A stretch of 60,821 nt of DNA, the filler included, from Asterionella formosa (lineage: Eukaryota): NCBI GenBank assembly GCA_002256025.1. It is 7 parts of 7 records of this genome, joined end to end, with 100 filler letters (N's around TTAATTAATTAA, not from the genome) between each part and the next. Parts side by side here need not be neighbours in the genome. Positions count along the whole stretch, not along the records: positions 8,718 to 17,321 come from NKIB01011960.1; positions 17,422 to 26,025 come from NKIB01011962.1; 5 more parts are not named here. One strand, given 5' to 3'. Positions 11,375 through 23,987 of the stretch are shown in pieces. Every line of letters begins with the position of its first letter. Positions within the stretch are counted from its first letter, which is position 1. A program made the position numbers and the translations under genes. The notes beneath the pieces were generated by a model that worked only from the letters and a program-made list of their open reading frames with translations, was not told where the DNA came from and did no database searches.

Positions 11375-13568
11375 ATGGCATTTCATGGATTTCATGCAAA
11401 GGATCAGTCAAACAAGAAACGTGACTTTCTTCCGTTGTTTACACTACACGACTTTATGTTTTCGGAAAAGCAGATGAAGAAACTTATGAAATCAATCGAA
11501 GATTTTTTTCCTTGAATACAATAAAAGGTTAGATGATTTTGAACAGATTCATAATACTCCAGAAAATAATAATAATGAAGTATGCCGATACAATAGTGGC
11601 TGAGATTGAAAAGAAGGAAAGATTGCTTTCGAAGAGGAAACCCAAACAGTTGCTTGGTCTTCGTGGATGAAGACTCTATTCGTACAGAGTCATAGTTCCA
11701 CCTTCCAGTGTCGTATTTTGCTCCTCATTCTTCCGAAATCGCTGATAATGAAGAAGAACTCAGTGATTCTCATTCATTTGATGAACAAAATCATGCGATG
11801 AATGAAAATATCGGAGGAAATGTGGCAGACATTTCTTCAGAAGTAGAAATGGTTGAAAAGTTGCAAAACCAAGAAACATATCTCACTATCCGTCCAGAAC
11901 ATCAACATGAACATCATAAAAGCAGAGAAACTATTGCATTTCTAAAAGAGCAGATATTCAAGAAAAAGTCCGAGCTAGATCAAGACCTCGAATTCAAGAA
12001 GATCAATGCAGACAGAGATGTGATGCCAGCAAAGGCAGTTGATGCTCTGAATAGGGAACGAAGTCAGAAACACAAAATTGAATCTTTTTCCAAATCATAC
12101 ATGGAAGAAAAAGAATTTCTTTGTAAAATCATTGAAAACAATCCAGAAGGCAGCTACTTTTGTGAAAAGTCGGCATGTGAAATGTGTAGAGCTATTATGC
12201 CAAAGCAAACGGCATTTTCCTCGAGTTTGCCGAAATCGTATGGACAACTAAAATTGTGGAAAGAGTTGTACACTCGTACCCCGCAAGATATATGCAATTA
12301 CGCCTCTGTATTTTATGGAGTCAAAGGTAGTATCATCAAAAAATCATCTTCAGATTTTAAAGATCTTGCATATTGGGACCTTGAAACAATTACCTTGCTC
12401 TATGATCCATTATATAATTCATGAACTTCATCCAAGTGATGTAAAGGTTATATTTAATCTTGATGAGAACCCAGAAATGGGTAATAACAATCCATATATA
12501 TACCAAGGTGATTGTCATCCACTTCATCACGAAAGTAACTATGTGCTGATTGTGTATTGCAAAAGATCAGATGAGGAGGAAAACAATCATTTTGTGCATT
12601 ATCTTTTTGCTATAAATGATGGATTATGTCAAGTCCGTAATCCAGGAAAAGATGCAAGTTTGGATGAACATTATGATCAAGTATTTCACCTTGCCCGTAA
12701 GTACTGCATCATCCCCGGATGCAGAAAAGAATTGGAATTGTTATGCACCGATACAGGATATCTTCACAAGAATTCCATATACCTGAAGAAATTGGGTTCT
12801 CGGAATCTTTCCATACTGGCACCAAAGCACCATTGCAGATCAGTATGGCCACTGAATATGCATGATTCCATGTTATTTCAACCAGAAGATGACAGTGGAT
12901 GGTCATGTGGACCTTTTACAATTGTGAAAGTGTTGGAAACTCTATTGCAATTAGAAAGGAAAGGAATGGCAAAACCAAATTTCTTGGCAAACGGGCACAT
13001 TTCCGTCTGGAGGCTGTCCTGGAAAGTTTTAAAACGTCAGGTGGTAGCACCAACAGATCGAACAGACGATTTCTTTTCCATTACATCTGACCCACCAACC
13101 AAGTCAACATACTTTCATCTTGGAACAGTTTGGCCTCAAGTGACAACGACGAATTCTCGTGAGGATATGGTTCAGTTGGAAATAACTGTTCTTCAATTTT
13201 GTATCGACAAAATTTTGACATCCTATTTAGATTTAAAAATGTTGAACGAAGTATTTGGACGAGTTCCTTGCAACTCTTCTTTCAAGAAGGATGAAGTTGT
13301 CTACGTAAAATCCATGATACAACAAAGTAATGACAAACTTGCTCCCTTCAAATGGTATAATCATGCACCTCTTGGCCAAATTTCTGGATGCATCAAAATT
13401 GACAAAATGTTGAAAGAAAATTTTGTATCTGATGATAGCCCTTCTGGAATCAAATTGAAGAAGTTTGCAGACTTATATCGAACTGCAGTTGAAAAGTGGA
13501 GAAGCAAAATTTCAGACGAAACGAGAAGGACCATCTTAGGTTCTTTGGGAGTGAAAAAGAACAAATAA
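11375..13568 (+). pseudogene. transposon-borne Ulp1/C48-like (CE clan) cysteine protease gene, frameshifted
   Basis: ATG at 11375 (MAFHGFHAKD...), then fragments 11708-12424 and 12315-13568 joined by a frameshift near 12415. Motifs YWDLETI...VLIV...NHFV...VRNP...FQPEDDSGWSCGPF give the His / Asp-position Asn / Gln / Cys order. Confidence 0.65.
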
Positions 13569-13686
13569 TGGACTATTGGATAATCATTTCTTAGGAAATT
13601 GTAGTTTGTGAAAACCTCATAATAACCAATATAGTATGTGAAACTATAATGTTACCATTATCATTTATATTATTCTTATATATTTA

Positions 13687-16600
13687 TCAACGTTCGCTTG
13701 TTAGTTTTTGGTCGAACCCGATTGATTTCCATAAATTACGTGGAGGCATGGCAACATAAAAATTATCTTTCCATATCTGTTCCAAAACTACTTGCGGTTT
13801 CAGAGATTTCCTTGATTCCTGCGGTTTCAAAGCAGGAACAACAAATGCTGCCAAAAGTATGTTATGAAATTCAACAACGCTCAATTCAGTTGTATCATTG
13901 CATAAGGTGTCTCCTCTTGCAAAAAACATACGTTTGTGAATTTTCATTTCAGTTGAACTTTTCAAGGAACGAATACACGCTAAGAGAATGGTTGTTGAGT
14001 TGGAGACAATAACATTTCCCCAAAGAAGTAGTTTTGCCGGAACTGAGGAGGAACTTGATCCATCTCCCTTATCCCAGTTCACTTCCACTTCGACCCAGTC
14101 AAACCATTCACGACCAGAGATTCCTGCCTTTGAATCATTATTCCATTTCGGATGGCATCTGAAAATAGTAGTTGTTTGGCCGGGAACGGTACTTTCAATT
14201 TTAACATGATAATAAAAGTCAATCCTTACAATGGAAACAGGCCCAATCCCATCTTCAAGACTTTTGATTCTTGATATTTGCTTCTATTGCTGAATTCGCT
14301 ATGCTCTTTACATAGTTGGCCCCCTTCGGTAAATCAGGATGAACCAATTGAGACAAGGGTGCATCCTTACTCCGTGATATATGCCCAATCTTATTAGGGA
14401 CACCTGCTATAGTCCATAGACCATTTGATGATGAAGCAGAAAATTGAACTTTAACAGGAATGGCTGGTGAATGGATTTTGGTAGGCGATATTCCAAAATT
14501 TTCAGGCGACCTACTAGGCAACATCATTGTATCCGGAATCATTCTTTCGAAATCAATTTCTGTTGAAATACCCTCAGTTACATTGATGTATACTTTACTC
14601 ATCTTCTTTTTTTTGTTTTCTGTATGTAATGAATCACTTACAAAAACAATTTTTCGTGCCAATGCAAACTGCCTTGTTTCATACGACCTTGTTAAAATGT
14701 CATGCTTTAATTGATGTAATTGTCCATTGACACGCTTACTGGGTCGTTTCAATTTGTCTTTCAAAAAAGACTCCAAATATCCACCAAAGAAATTAAGAGG
14801 AGATCCGAACTTCCTAATCAGCTGAGGGTAATGTTTCATTCCATGAAATTTTGCCATTCGTAAGCCAATTTGAGATATCATTTCCCGTTGGGGACCAATC
14901 ATAATCTTAGTAACTGACATAAATCTCTTCACCCTTTCTTCTAAAATATCAATGCATGTTGATGTATATTGTGGTATGAATAAAGTGTCATTGATAGATA
15001 TACATAGCCGTAACAGCAATGTGAAATCCTTTTCTAGGTGCATGCTCTCTGAACCCATCATTCCACCCATTGAAAAAATAGTTAACAGACATAATCCGGG
15101 AATTTCTTGCCCTGACATTTTCGACAAAGAAGCTGTCATCCCAGATCTGTATGACAATTTTGGAATATCACGATCGCTTTGCCTTTCCAAATGACTATTG
15201 ATATATCTAGCACTTTGTTCGAAGTATTGTTTCGAAAATACATTTCTGGTGCTGGTACAAGTGTTGGGTCTTGATTTTTGCCAGTGTAGATATTTTTGAT
15301 AACTGGTGCGTGTGTCCTTTTTGGTCTTTGCCCGTTTCTTCGGTTGCTCTTGATCAAGAAAAGCAGAGTCTGTTGTTTCAGTGTTACGTTTATGATTGGA
15401 GATGTTTTCTGGAATATTTGGAGATTTTCTTTCTTTAAAAAAACATGTCCATTCTTCAGGGATAGTCCGATAATTGTACAAAGATTCCAAAATGTACTTA
15501 AATATTCAAAGTAGTAATTGATGAAGAACCTCAAATGGAGTTGCACCAAATAATCCTTCTAAGTCACCACCAAAAAATGATATATTAGTGCAGGCATAAT
15601 AGGATTATGCGATATGTCACGGCACCACTCGTTTGCTGTTGCGTATTTGCCATTAGATTGGGAGACACAATACTCAGGTGGGATACATGGCAATTTTCCA
15701 TCGGGATATGCATTTTTATCAAGAAACTTGTTTAAAAACATTTTAAAAAACATTTTAACATCTGACACCTTTCCATCGGGATATGCATTTTTATCAAGAA
15801 ACTTGTTTAAAAACATTTTAACATCTGACACCTCACATCCAGCCAATATCAGGATTATCAGTATATTCAGTTGAAACCAGGCAATCACGACAAACATATC
15901 GTCGATATAATCCATTACCACCCCTGAAGCCACAAATTTTATTGTGTTCTTCTGTATCACCAATGATCATAAACTTTTGTCATAACAAGACCATGAACCC
16001 AAATATCGTATGACTTGTTTGGAAAGGCTACAATAGAAATCCTGTAACAGAATGATATAATTTGAGTCTACATAAGGACAAGTTGTCACCAGATAACTTA
16101 TTTTTCATTTGTTTTTCCAGATCACTGACTTCAATGTCTGGCAAAAGAGATACTAATTGCCATCCATCACCTTTTTTTCTTCCTTCTAACGTTAAGTTTA
16201 ACATTGTCAGCAAAAACGGATGCTCGGAATGTTTCATTTGTTTATCAATAGGTGAACCATCGCTGAAAACTGCTAGGGCAACAAATAAACACCCTGTCTT
16301 CAACACTCCATTTTCTGATACAGGAGAATTGTTGAATTCATTTTCAAACCAAGTAGCAGAAGTTACTTCGTCATATATGCGTTCTCCACAAGTTGTAAGT
16401 TTCACTTGTGGGTGACATACAAAATGTTGCATGATATCGGAATCACGTAGCAATCCTGCCATGAGCTGTACTGGTTCGAAATAATGGAGTGTGCGTGGGA
16501 TGATCATATTTGAATTGTTATCAATCTTCATTTGTTTGGTCAACAGTTGACCACCAGCTAATGTTGGTGGAAATGAAATATCCATGCGTTTTTTCAAAGT

Positions 16601-17281
16601 CTGGTAGGATGGAGCTTGATACCTTCCATCAAAATATTTCATTGCTTTTGCCTTGAACAGCCATTTCATTAGATGATCAAAGTAAACTGGTGGAAGATAA
16701 TTCTCGTTGAGGAATAACATGAGTTCTAATTCAATTGGATGCGCGCATGTTCAGAGAATGTTTACTTGAAAGTTGAAATTGAGGGGGAAGGGGCATTTCC
16801 ATTGCATTTTCAGGGAGAAAGCCGGTGCGATCTTGAAAATCTGAATATTGCATCGTTTGTGAATTCAACCCGTGGAGAGTTTTTAGTCTCAATTGTTCGT
16901 CCTGTTGTGACTGAATATTGTTATAAACTGAATCGTCGCTGTCGTCATGAAGTGGATGATTGTGGTCACTTGATTCAAGGATAGGACACAAAATCTCTTC
17001 TTGTCTAATCTCCCTAAATGCTGCAGCAGTTACACTGCCATCATTAACTTCTTTCCTTGAATGATTAGATGCACTACCGCAATACATAGCTTCACTATGT
17101 ATTCCAGGAACTCGATGTTCCTGCATGCAATGTCGACAGTGACCATATGCATAAAAAACACGGTTGCTACAATTTCGATTGTGAGACTCAGATGGGGATT
17201 TGTTCTTCCGAAATTTGTAGTTACACAAATAACACCATTGCAATGTGCGCAAAGACATTGCAAATTGCAAATGATGACCAA
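13687..17281 (-). pseudogene. Plavaka-type transposase, fragmented by stops and frameshifts
   Basis: IYDEVTSATWF; ALAVFSDGSPID...EHPFLLTMLNL...R...WQLVSLLP; KFHGMKHYPQLIRKFGSPLNF...ESFLKDKLKRP; C-terminal IFRCHPKW...WFDWVEV...VPAKLLLW; Cys/His-rich N-terminus at 16731-17270. Confidence 0.85.
15695..15832. repeat. tandem direct duplication (75 + 63 nt) inside the transposase
   Basis: tttccatcgggatatgcatttttatcaagaaacttgtttaaaaacattttaa...catctgacacc occurs twice; the first copy has an extra 12-nt internal duplication. Confidence 0.9.
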
Positions 17282-17422
17282 GTCAGGATATGAAAAGGAT
17301 AGAATGAAAAAGAATTAATATNNNNNNNNNNNNNNNNNNNNNNNNNNNNNNNNNNNNNNNNNNNNTTAATTAATTAANNNNNNNNNNNNNNNNNNNNNNN
17401 NNNNNNNNNNNNNNNNNNNNNA

Positions 17423-18106
17423 TTAGAGTTTGACTTTTATGCCCTCGCCAGCTGGGACTTTGCCCCTTATACTCCTTCAGACGTGCTCAAGATCAATTTG
17501 AACGACGAGGAGATTGATCTGAGTGCCAACTCCGCATCCAGCGCTGTAGTCGGCGTTACTCGCGGTGTTCCAGAAAAGAAAGATGCATGTTTTCTTACAG
17601 CACCTACTGCTTATGGCGATAACATCATTCACTATGCGCTTTCTATCCCGGCATCGGTGTTTGCTACAACGAACAAATTGAAGGTAAAATTTCTGGCTGC
17701 CATGGATGAACCATACCCGAATGAGGGTGCCGGCTTTGACAACATCGTCATTAGGATGGTTGATTGTGTTATCGCAGATCCCGATCAAGATGGTGTTAAA
17801 GGTGCATTGGATTTATGCCCTGACACAAAACTTGGTGCTAAACGTAATTCCAATGGATGCAGCGGTGCACAGATGGCTGCCAAGACATGTCGTTGCCAAC
17901 AAAAAGCCTGTCGCAAAAGTATGAAGAATGGAGGAACTCTTTATCAGCAATATTGGAAATGTGTCAGTGACCAAACCAAAATCCTCAAACGACAAGGACT
18001 CATTGACGCTGCGGAGAAGCGAACCATGATCAGTGCTGCCCAAGTCTGTCAATGCCCTGTCGCCCCCACTACTAGGATGCTTCGTGCTTCTTTGGAAAGT
18101 GAATAA
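17423..18106 (+). CDS. C-terminal part of a probable extracellular protein with a thrombospondin type-3-like Ca-binding repeat and a Cys-containing helical tail (5' truncated)
   Basis: Frame open from the contig start (LEFDFYALASWD...). Contains DPDQDGVKGALDLCPDT...NSNGCS followed by CRC...YWKCV...GLI...EK...ISAAQ. Confidence 0.7.
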   Translation, partial: LEFDFYALASWDFAPYTPSDVLKINLNDEEIDLSANSASSAVVGVTRGVPEKKDACFLTAPTAYGDNIIHYALSIPASVFATTNKLKVKFLAAMDEPYPNEGAGFDNIVIRMVDCVIADPDQDGVKGALDLCPDTKLGAKRNSNGCSGAQMAAKTCRCQQKACRKSMKNGGTLYQQYWKCVSDQTKILKRQGLIDAAEKRTMISAAQVCQCPVAPTTRMLRASLESE

Positions 18107-19036
18107 ATCTTGGGAATAATGCGATGAAACGAAGCACATGCTGAGATATTTGAAATGAAATCAGCACGCAACCAGAATGATACAGCAATGCTCAACCCTT
18201 ACTATATACATATATATACGAACATCCGCCGGCCACACTTGATGTGCCAAACAACTAAAGAATCAAAATATATCCAAAGGCCATGTGACAACGAGGAGTA
18301 CAAAAAAACTTTAAAAAAACCCAAAAAACAAAAAAATTCAAAAACAAAACAAAAATATCAAAAACAAAAAACAACAAAACAATACATATTTAAATAAACC
18401 AAAAATAACGAACAAGAGTTGAGCAGCCATGAGACTGTCTTTGTCTTGGGTGATTTGGAGTGCCAACCTGTGAAACCATATATGGATATTGGGTTTGACC
18501 CAACCACAAATTCTTAACCTACCAACACTACACAGCAATATGCAATAGTTTGTTGAGGTCTACAATCATCATGGGGTTTGTTGTAGAGGCAGGATCTCAT
18601 TACTCATCCTGCTGCAACCAGCTGTGACAAGTCCACGGTATGATGTTGCATGCACAGTATGCTTGTTTCGCCAATGTTGTACAATCCTTTTGTTGCCTCC
18701 ATCCACCGAAGTGGCTTGATTTGTTTCAAAGCAGCACAAAGCCTGCTGGTGCAAGCTTCGATGAATGCTTCTATTGAATTGTCATCAACCTGTCAAATTA
18801 CCTGCTTAATGTGAGAATTGGAACATTGGGCTCTGGAACTTTCATGTCTAATCATCTATGATATCTGATATCCTATATGAAGGCTCTTCTTTACAAGAAT
18901 ATTCAATAATTAATTGATGCTATTAAAAAAAGAGAGAGAAGACCTGATCCGCACTGATGATTGCTACAGCGGAGGGAGCTTAAGGAGTTGAGGTCATATG
19001 TGACTCAAAATTCACGTTGTGATACAGACAGATAAA

Positions 19037-22000
19037 CTAAACACCCATTTCTTCCAATTTTTTGAGGCCAACTGCAGCCGATGCAAGCTTTTCGATCAGA
19101 TTTGCCATTTCCACTTGCTCCATAATGTCATGACTCGATTGTAGTGTACTCTTGCAATCCTCAATTCTGTCGAGTATAGCAGAAAGGGCATCAGTGGCTA
19201 CACTTTCTGCGCGGGAATGACCTCCATCACTCATCACTGAAACATCATCACGGGGTCCGCCAACCACTTGTGGAGTTTGTGTTGATCCATGACGACCAGC
19301 AACCTTGGGAGAAAGAGGAGGAATGCGCAACGATCGCAATGAGTTAGCAGAACTTGTTCGTGAGACTCCAAGCGAACGGGATGGGCTGTCATCGTCAGGC
19401 TTAGGAGGCCCCTTTCGCCAGCTTGGTGAATGACTAGATCGTTGGTTAGGGCTACCGGATACATTATGAGAATGCCTATTTGATTTTCCAGGAGTCAAGG
19501 GCGAAGAAGGAGGACCACCACTGATGGAATATTTCTCCACTGAGTTTGATCGAGACCGGGCACCCATGGGACGAGGAGGGAGTGAAGGCAATTTCCTTCC
19601 CATGGACATATCCATTGGGTTTGGGTGGTTTGATATCTTTGGTGTGGGAACATGGAGGTTCAATTCTCGTTCAAGTGCAACAATTTCATCATCCTGGATA
19701 GTCGACGTCGTAGTCACAACTCTAGGAGCAACAGCTCTAGGCGAGAACTCTGGTTTTGGAGGTTTTGCAAATGAAGTTGCTCCAGTAGTTATGTGGGAAA
19801 CTTCATCAGAGCAATCGATTGTCCTGGCATGAACAACAGCAGTTCCACTGGCTAGTGCATCATCCATGTTCTCGTTGGTCGAAGGCAAGTTTGACTTTGA
19901 CAATGACAACTGCAATAGAAGTGCCCGGACGGCCGCTTCATTGGAAGGATCAAAGTCAAATGGAAGCGTGAAAGTAACCTCACCATTGTCGTGACGAGTT
20001 GCAATTGATAAATCACTCTTAACTCCAGACTCCTCCTCAGCAGGCTCGTCGTTGAGAGGTTCAATCTCAACTTTGCAATCTGGCTCTGGCGCTTTACTGT
20101 ATGTGTCTTCGTCGTCAACAGTCATAGCTGGTGGATCAGAACGAGGTGTAGAGGGTCTCTGTGCCAACCCATCGATTGTGCTCATATGTGCTGGAGCATC
20201 ACTTTGGAAAGGTTCGATTTCTTGTTCGATGATGAGCTTAGGAATTTCTTTGAGATCACCAGATCTTTGAGTTGATTCTTCAGAGGAAGGATGTGGTGCT
20301 GTCAATACTTCAGCAACAGGAAGAGATCTTTGAGTTGATTCTTCAGAGGAAGGATGTGGTGCTGTCAAAACTTCAGCAAGAGGAAGAGGTCCGCATAGGA
20401 CACATGTGTCAGGTCCACCTTCACCATCTGTCATTAGTGGCATGACACATGTGGGACACGAGCCATCAAGAAGAGTCCACCCTTGCATCATCTTCTTCCC
20501 AATTTCCTTGCTAACAAGGTTCCTCTTTGTATCAAAGTCCTCCTTGATTTTGTCAACAGACAGATTAGCTGTTGGAGAAAGTGTTCGTTGAACAAGTTCG
20601 GAATCATGGTCATCGTGCTTTGGTGTAGATGGTTGATCAGCAGGTAAGATAAAAGATGTCTCCTGGTTCTCACTGGCAAAATTCTCATCATCTTCGTCAT
20701 CACTGGCATCCTCATCAAAACCTCTGTCGTACACTCCGTCAGCACCAGAACCTGATCCACCACAGACGGCACACACAGTCACTGCACCCTTCTTAAGCAA
20801 AGGAGCACTCTGACATTCTTCACCATGACACATGTCGGCAGCCATTGTCCATCCCTGCATCATTCGGCGAGTCATAACAGAACGAGCCTCAGAACGAAGG
20901 AGCTCCCAACGCTCATTTTGTAAGCAGGATGCGGAAAGCAGAATATCTGGTGGTTGTATAAAGCCTTCGGCATCCGCCATGACAATTGATTCAGCTTCTG
21001 CGATTGCTTCGGCTTCAGCTTGAGCAATGGTGCATGCAATAATGTGCCTCTTGGCAGATGAGACTTCTTCCAAAGCAACCTTTGCGCGAGCAATGGCCTC
21101 TTCGGCCGCTTTGGTTTTCCTGTTGGCCTCTTCTTCTAGGACAGCGATTAGATTACTTTCTTCGTTCATGCGCTTCTCCTCGGCCTCTCGTCGGGCCTCA
21201 AGTTCGGCTTCGACTCTCGCCTCTTCTGCCGCCTTCACTACTGCCATCTGTTTTTCCAATCGCTGGCGTTCTGTCTCGCGAATTTGCATATCCCACATTT
21301 CGCTCCCAGCACTGTGTACGCTCCTGTCTCCAACATTTTGCATGCCTCTCTCACCAGACACGAGTGCCTGTTCCATCACCTCCAATCGACGAGTCTCCAA
21401 AAGGACTAACTCATCCTGCTTGCGACGTTGTTCCTCTTGAGCTTGAAGTTCCATTGCCACAGCTTCTTCATATTCCTCCTGTGCAATTTTTTCGGCAACT
21501 GCTTCAGACTCCAAACGTTCAGCTTCTTCTTGCATACGAATTTGAGCATCAACCATGGCATCTTGTACCAATTGCTCTTGGAGCAGTCGAGCTTCTTCGA
21601 GACGAGCTAACTGGTTTCGAAGGAGCTGATCTACTGATTCTTCCTCTGCAACTCGTTTGGCCTCTGCAATTGCTTCTTCTTCCGCAATTCTTTCTGCTTC
21701 AGCAAGGCGCGCCACTTCCAATTGTTTAGCTTCTTCTTGCAAGAGCCGCTCTTGTTCTGAACGTTGCGCTTCTTCAAGTGCCATTTCTTCCATCCTCATG
21801 CGCTCCTCTTCTTCAAACTGCAGCTCCCTTCGTCGCTCCTCTTGTGCTTGTTGCAATAGTTCATCATTTACCTGGTTTGCCTCATTGGTTGCCACAAGCC
21901 GCTCTGCTTTGAGCTTCTTCTTTGCCTTCTTGACCAGGACAGGACACACGACACAGTCCAATTCTCCAGCATACTCCATCAAAGGCATTCCACACTTGGT

Positions 22001-23091
22001 GCAGCATGTTTCCTTGAGAACATATCCCTGCAGCATTTTGGCTCCCAAAACCTTGGTGGCGATATCTCGACTGCAATGGGTAGGGGGTATGGTGTTAAAA
22101 TATATTCATCTATAAATGTTTCCAATCCAATCTGGAGTTGCAGTCACTTACCGGACACTGTATTCTCCAAGACCTTCGTCTTCTTCTTTCTTTTCTTCGT
22201 CTTTTGGAGTAACATCTACAATTAGCTCAGAAGTAGTATCTAACGCGGCATTTTTGGATTCCGCTGGTACCTCGGACTCTTGTTCTTGCACAATTGGTTC
22301 CTGCTCCTGCTCGACCTCAGTAGGTCAGTCAGGTCCACAGCATAAATTGCAGGTTCCTCTTCAATTAGCTGCTCATGTTCCTCCAAATCCGCTTCCACTC
22401 CTTCCTCTTCTTCTTCTTGTGCCTCTTGCACAATCATCGCTCTTGCCAGCGCTTCATCGGCCGCCGCCAAAACTTCTTTCGACGACGACGACATGGCAAT
22501 TGTGTGCTCCATTTCATTCGTCATCAAGTGTTGCACTGGAGACACTCCCAATTGGCGAGAGACTGTTGATCCACACAAGATATCCGTCACCACAGTTTGG
22601 TGTTGAATCCTCGCCGAGATGCGCTCGACGGCAGCTGCTGCTTCTTCCTGGGTGTCCATAGTATTGGACTGCTCCACCGCACCTTCCATCGAATTGAGAG
22701 CGACAAGAATCATGCCCTTGTTCAACAGCGTGTCGCACAGTTCCAGTAGACGCACGTCTTCTTCGGTCATGACAACATGCGCCTCGCATGCCACGCAGTA
22801 GGGGATTCCGGGGAGCGGAGCCGCGAGGGGCGGATCAAAGGAGCGCGAGGAGATGATCATCATGGGCAGGTGGTGACTGTCATGGGAGGTGGTGATTTGA
22901 ATGTCGTTGGCTCCGTCTTGTGCATGCCCCTTGACTAGCGGCGTGTTGCAGGAGGGACATCCGGCGTCCAGCAAGACATGGCCTGACATGAGTTTCTGTG
23001 ACAGCAGCGACTCGACGCGAGCATCGTCTGGGCCGCTGTTGTCTGACGACGCCGTGGAGGCAGGTACCAGGGCGGCGATGGGGTCTTCCAT
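19037..23091 (-). CDS. protein with four Auto_anti-p27 (SSSCA1/ZNRD2-like) zinc ribbons and a long Glu-rich coiled coil; intron 22071-22151; apparent frameshift near 22325
   Basis: ATG at 23091 (MEDPIAA). Four K/R-M/L-x-x-G-W/Y/H-x-L/M...CxxC...PL...CxxC units. A GTAAGT...TGCAG intron restores YSVR-RDIATKVLGAKMLQG. The C-terminal helix is SSSCA1-like. Confidence 0.8.
20261..20386. repeat. 63-bp in-frame tandem duplication (AEVLTAPHPSSEESTQRS x2)
   Basis: Units start at 20261 and 20324 and are near-identical. Confidence 0.9.
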
Positions 23092-23987
23092 CCTAAGGAA
23101 AGATCGTTGCAGTCGTTGCTGGTTGTCTGTCAATGCGATGAGTGAGAGAGAATTGTATAAAATGCACAAAGCTTTTTATTCTTTGCAAGATGACATTTCC
23201 CCTACGTATCTATATATTTTTGTTACACATACAAAAAAGATATACATTAAATATATAGAGCGGTTATTCTCATCGACAATTCGGTAGTTGGCGAATCTGG
23301 TGGCGAGTGCAAACGTATAGATCGAATAATTTGGGATGGTTGGCGCGCCGGGAGGCTAATGCATGTTAATCTTGTATGTGTATTCATTGGTTTTGCCAAT
23401 ACAAAACAATTGGATGTGAATTTCTAATGACCTGTAGATGTATATAAAGCAATACATGTATATGACATTGAATACGTATATAAAAACAATTCTTTGGAAA
23501 TTTTTATACCAAAGTAGAAATGGCTATCGTCATAGCAAACGACAGTGGTCGTGCAAACAACAATGCATACATATTTTGTGTAAATGTATTTACGGACAGG
23601 TACTTCGCCGACACATTGATGTTTTTCCTCCACACATGAATGATACATACAGGTCCGGGTGCTCTGGTACTCCGTACCTAGTATAAGTAGTTGCTTCCGC
23701 GGAGCGAACAGATAAACTGTAGACTCTACCGGTACTAACTATATGTACTGGTACCGTATATGATGTATAAACTACCGTCAAAACGCAAAAAACAGGTAGG
23801 GCTAGCGTTAACCCAATCTTCATCGTCAGCATGACGACGATCATGCCGAATCACCAAAATAATAGTCTGACGTCCACCCGTGCTTGGTGAAGTTACCTGT
23901 TACTGAAAGTTGAGAACAAGATGCAGACTTAGAACAGCTCTTTAACTAATGTCAACAAGTACTGAACGAGTAGATTAATTGTTAAAC

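Larger units (their letters stand above)
9711..17321. mobile_element. decayed CACTA/Plavaka (CMC superfamily) DNA transposon; one terminus at 9711, the other beyond the contig end
   Basis: Starts CACTATAATTTT exactly where host coding sequence gives way to AT-rich DNA. Contains a broken Plavaka transposase (-) and a broken Ulp1-like gene (+), arranged convergently. Confidence 0.75.

Noticed and set aside
18155..18900. A-rich Lys/Gln ORF and adjacent short ORFs
   Set aside because: Low-complexity A-tract and decayed sequence with no supportable product.
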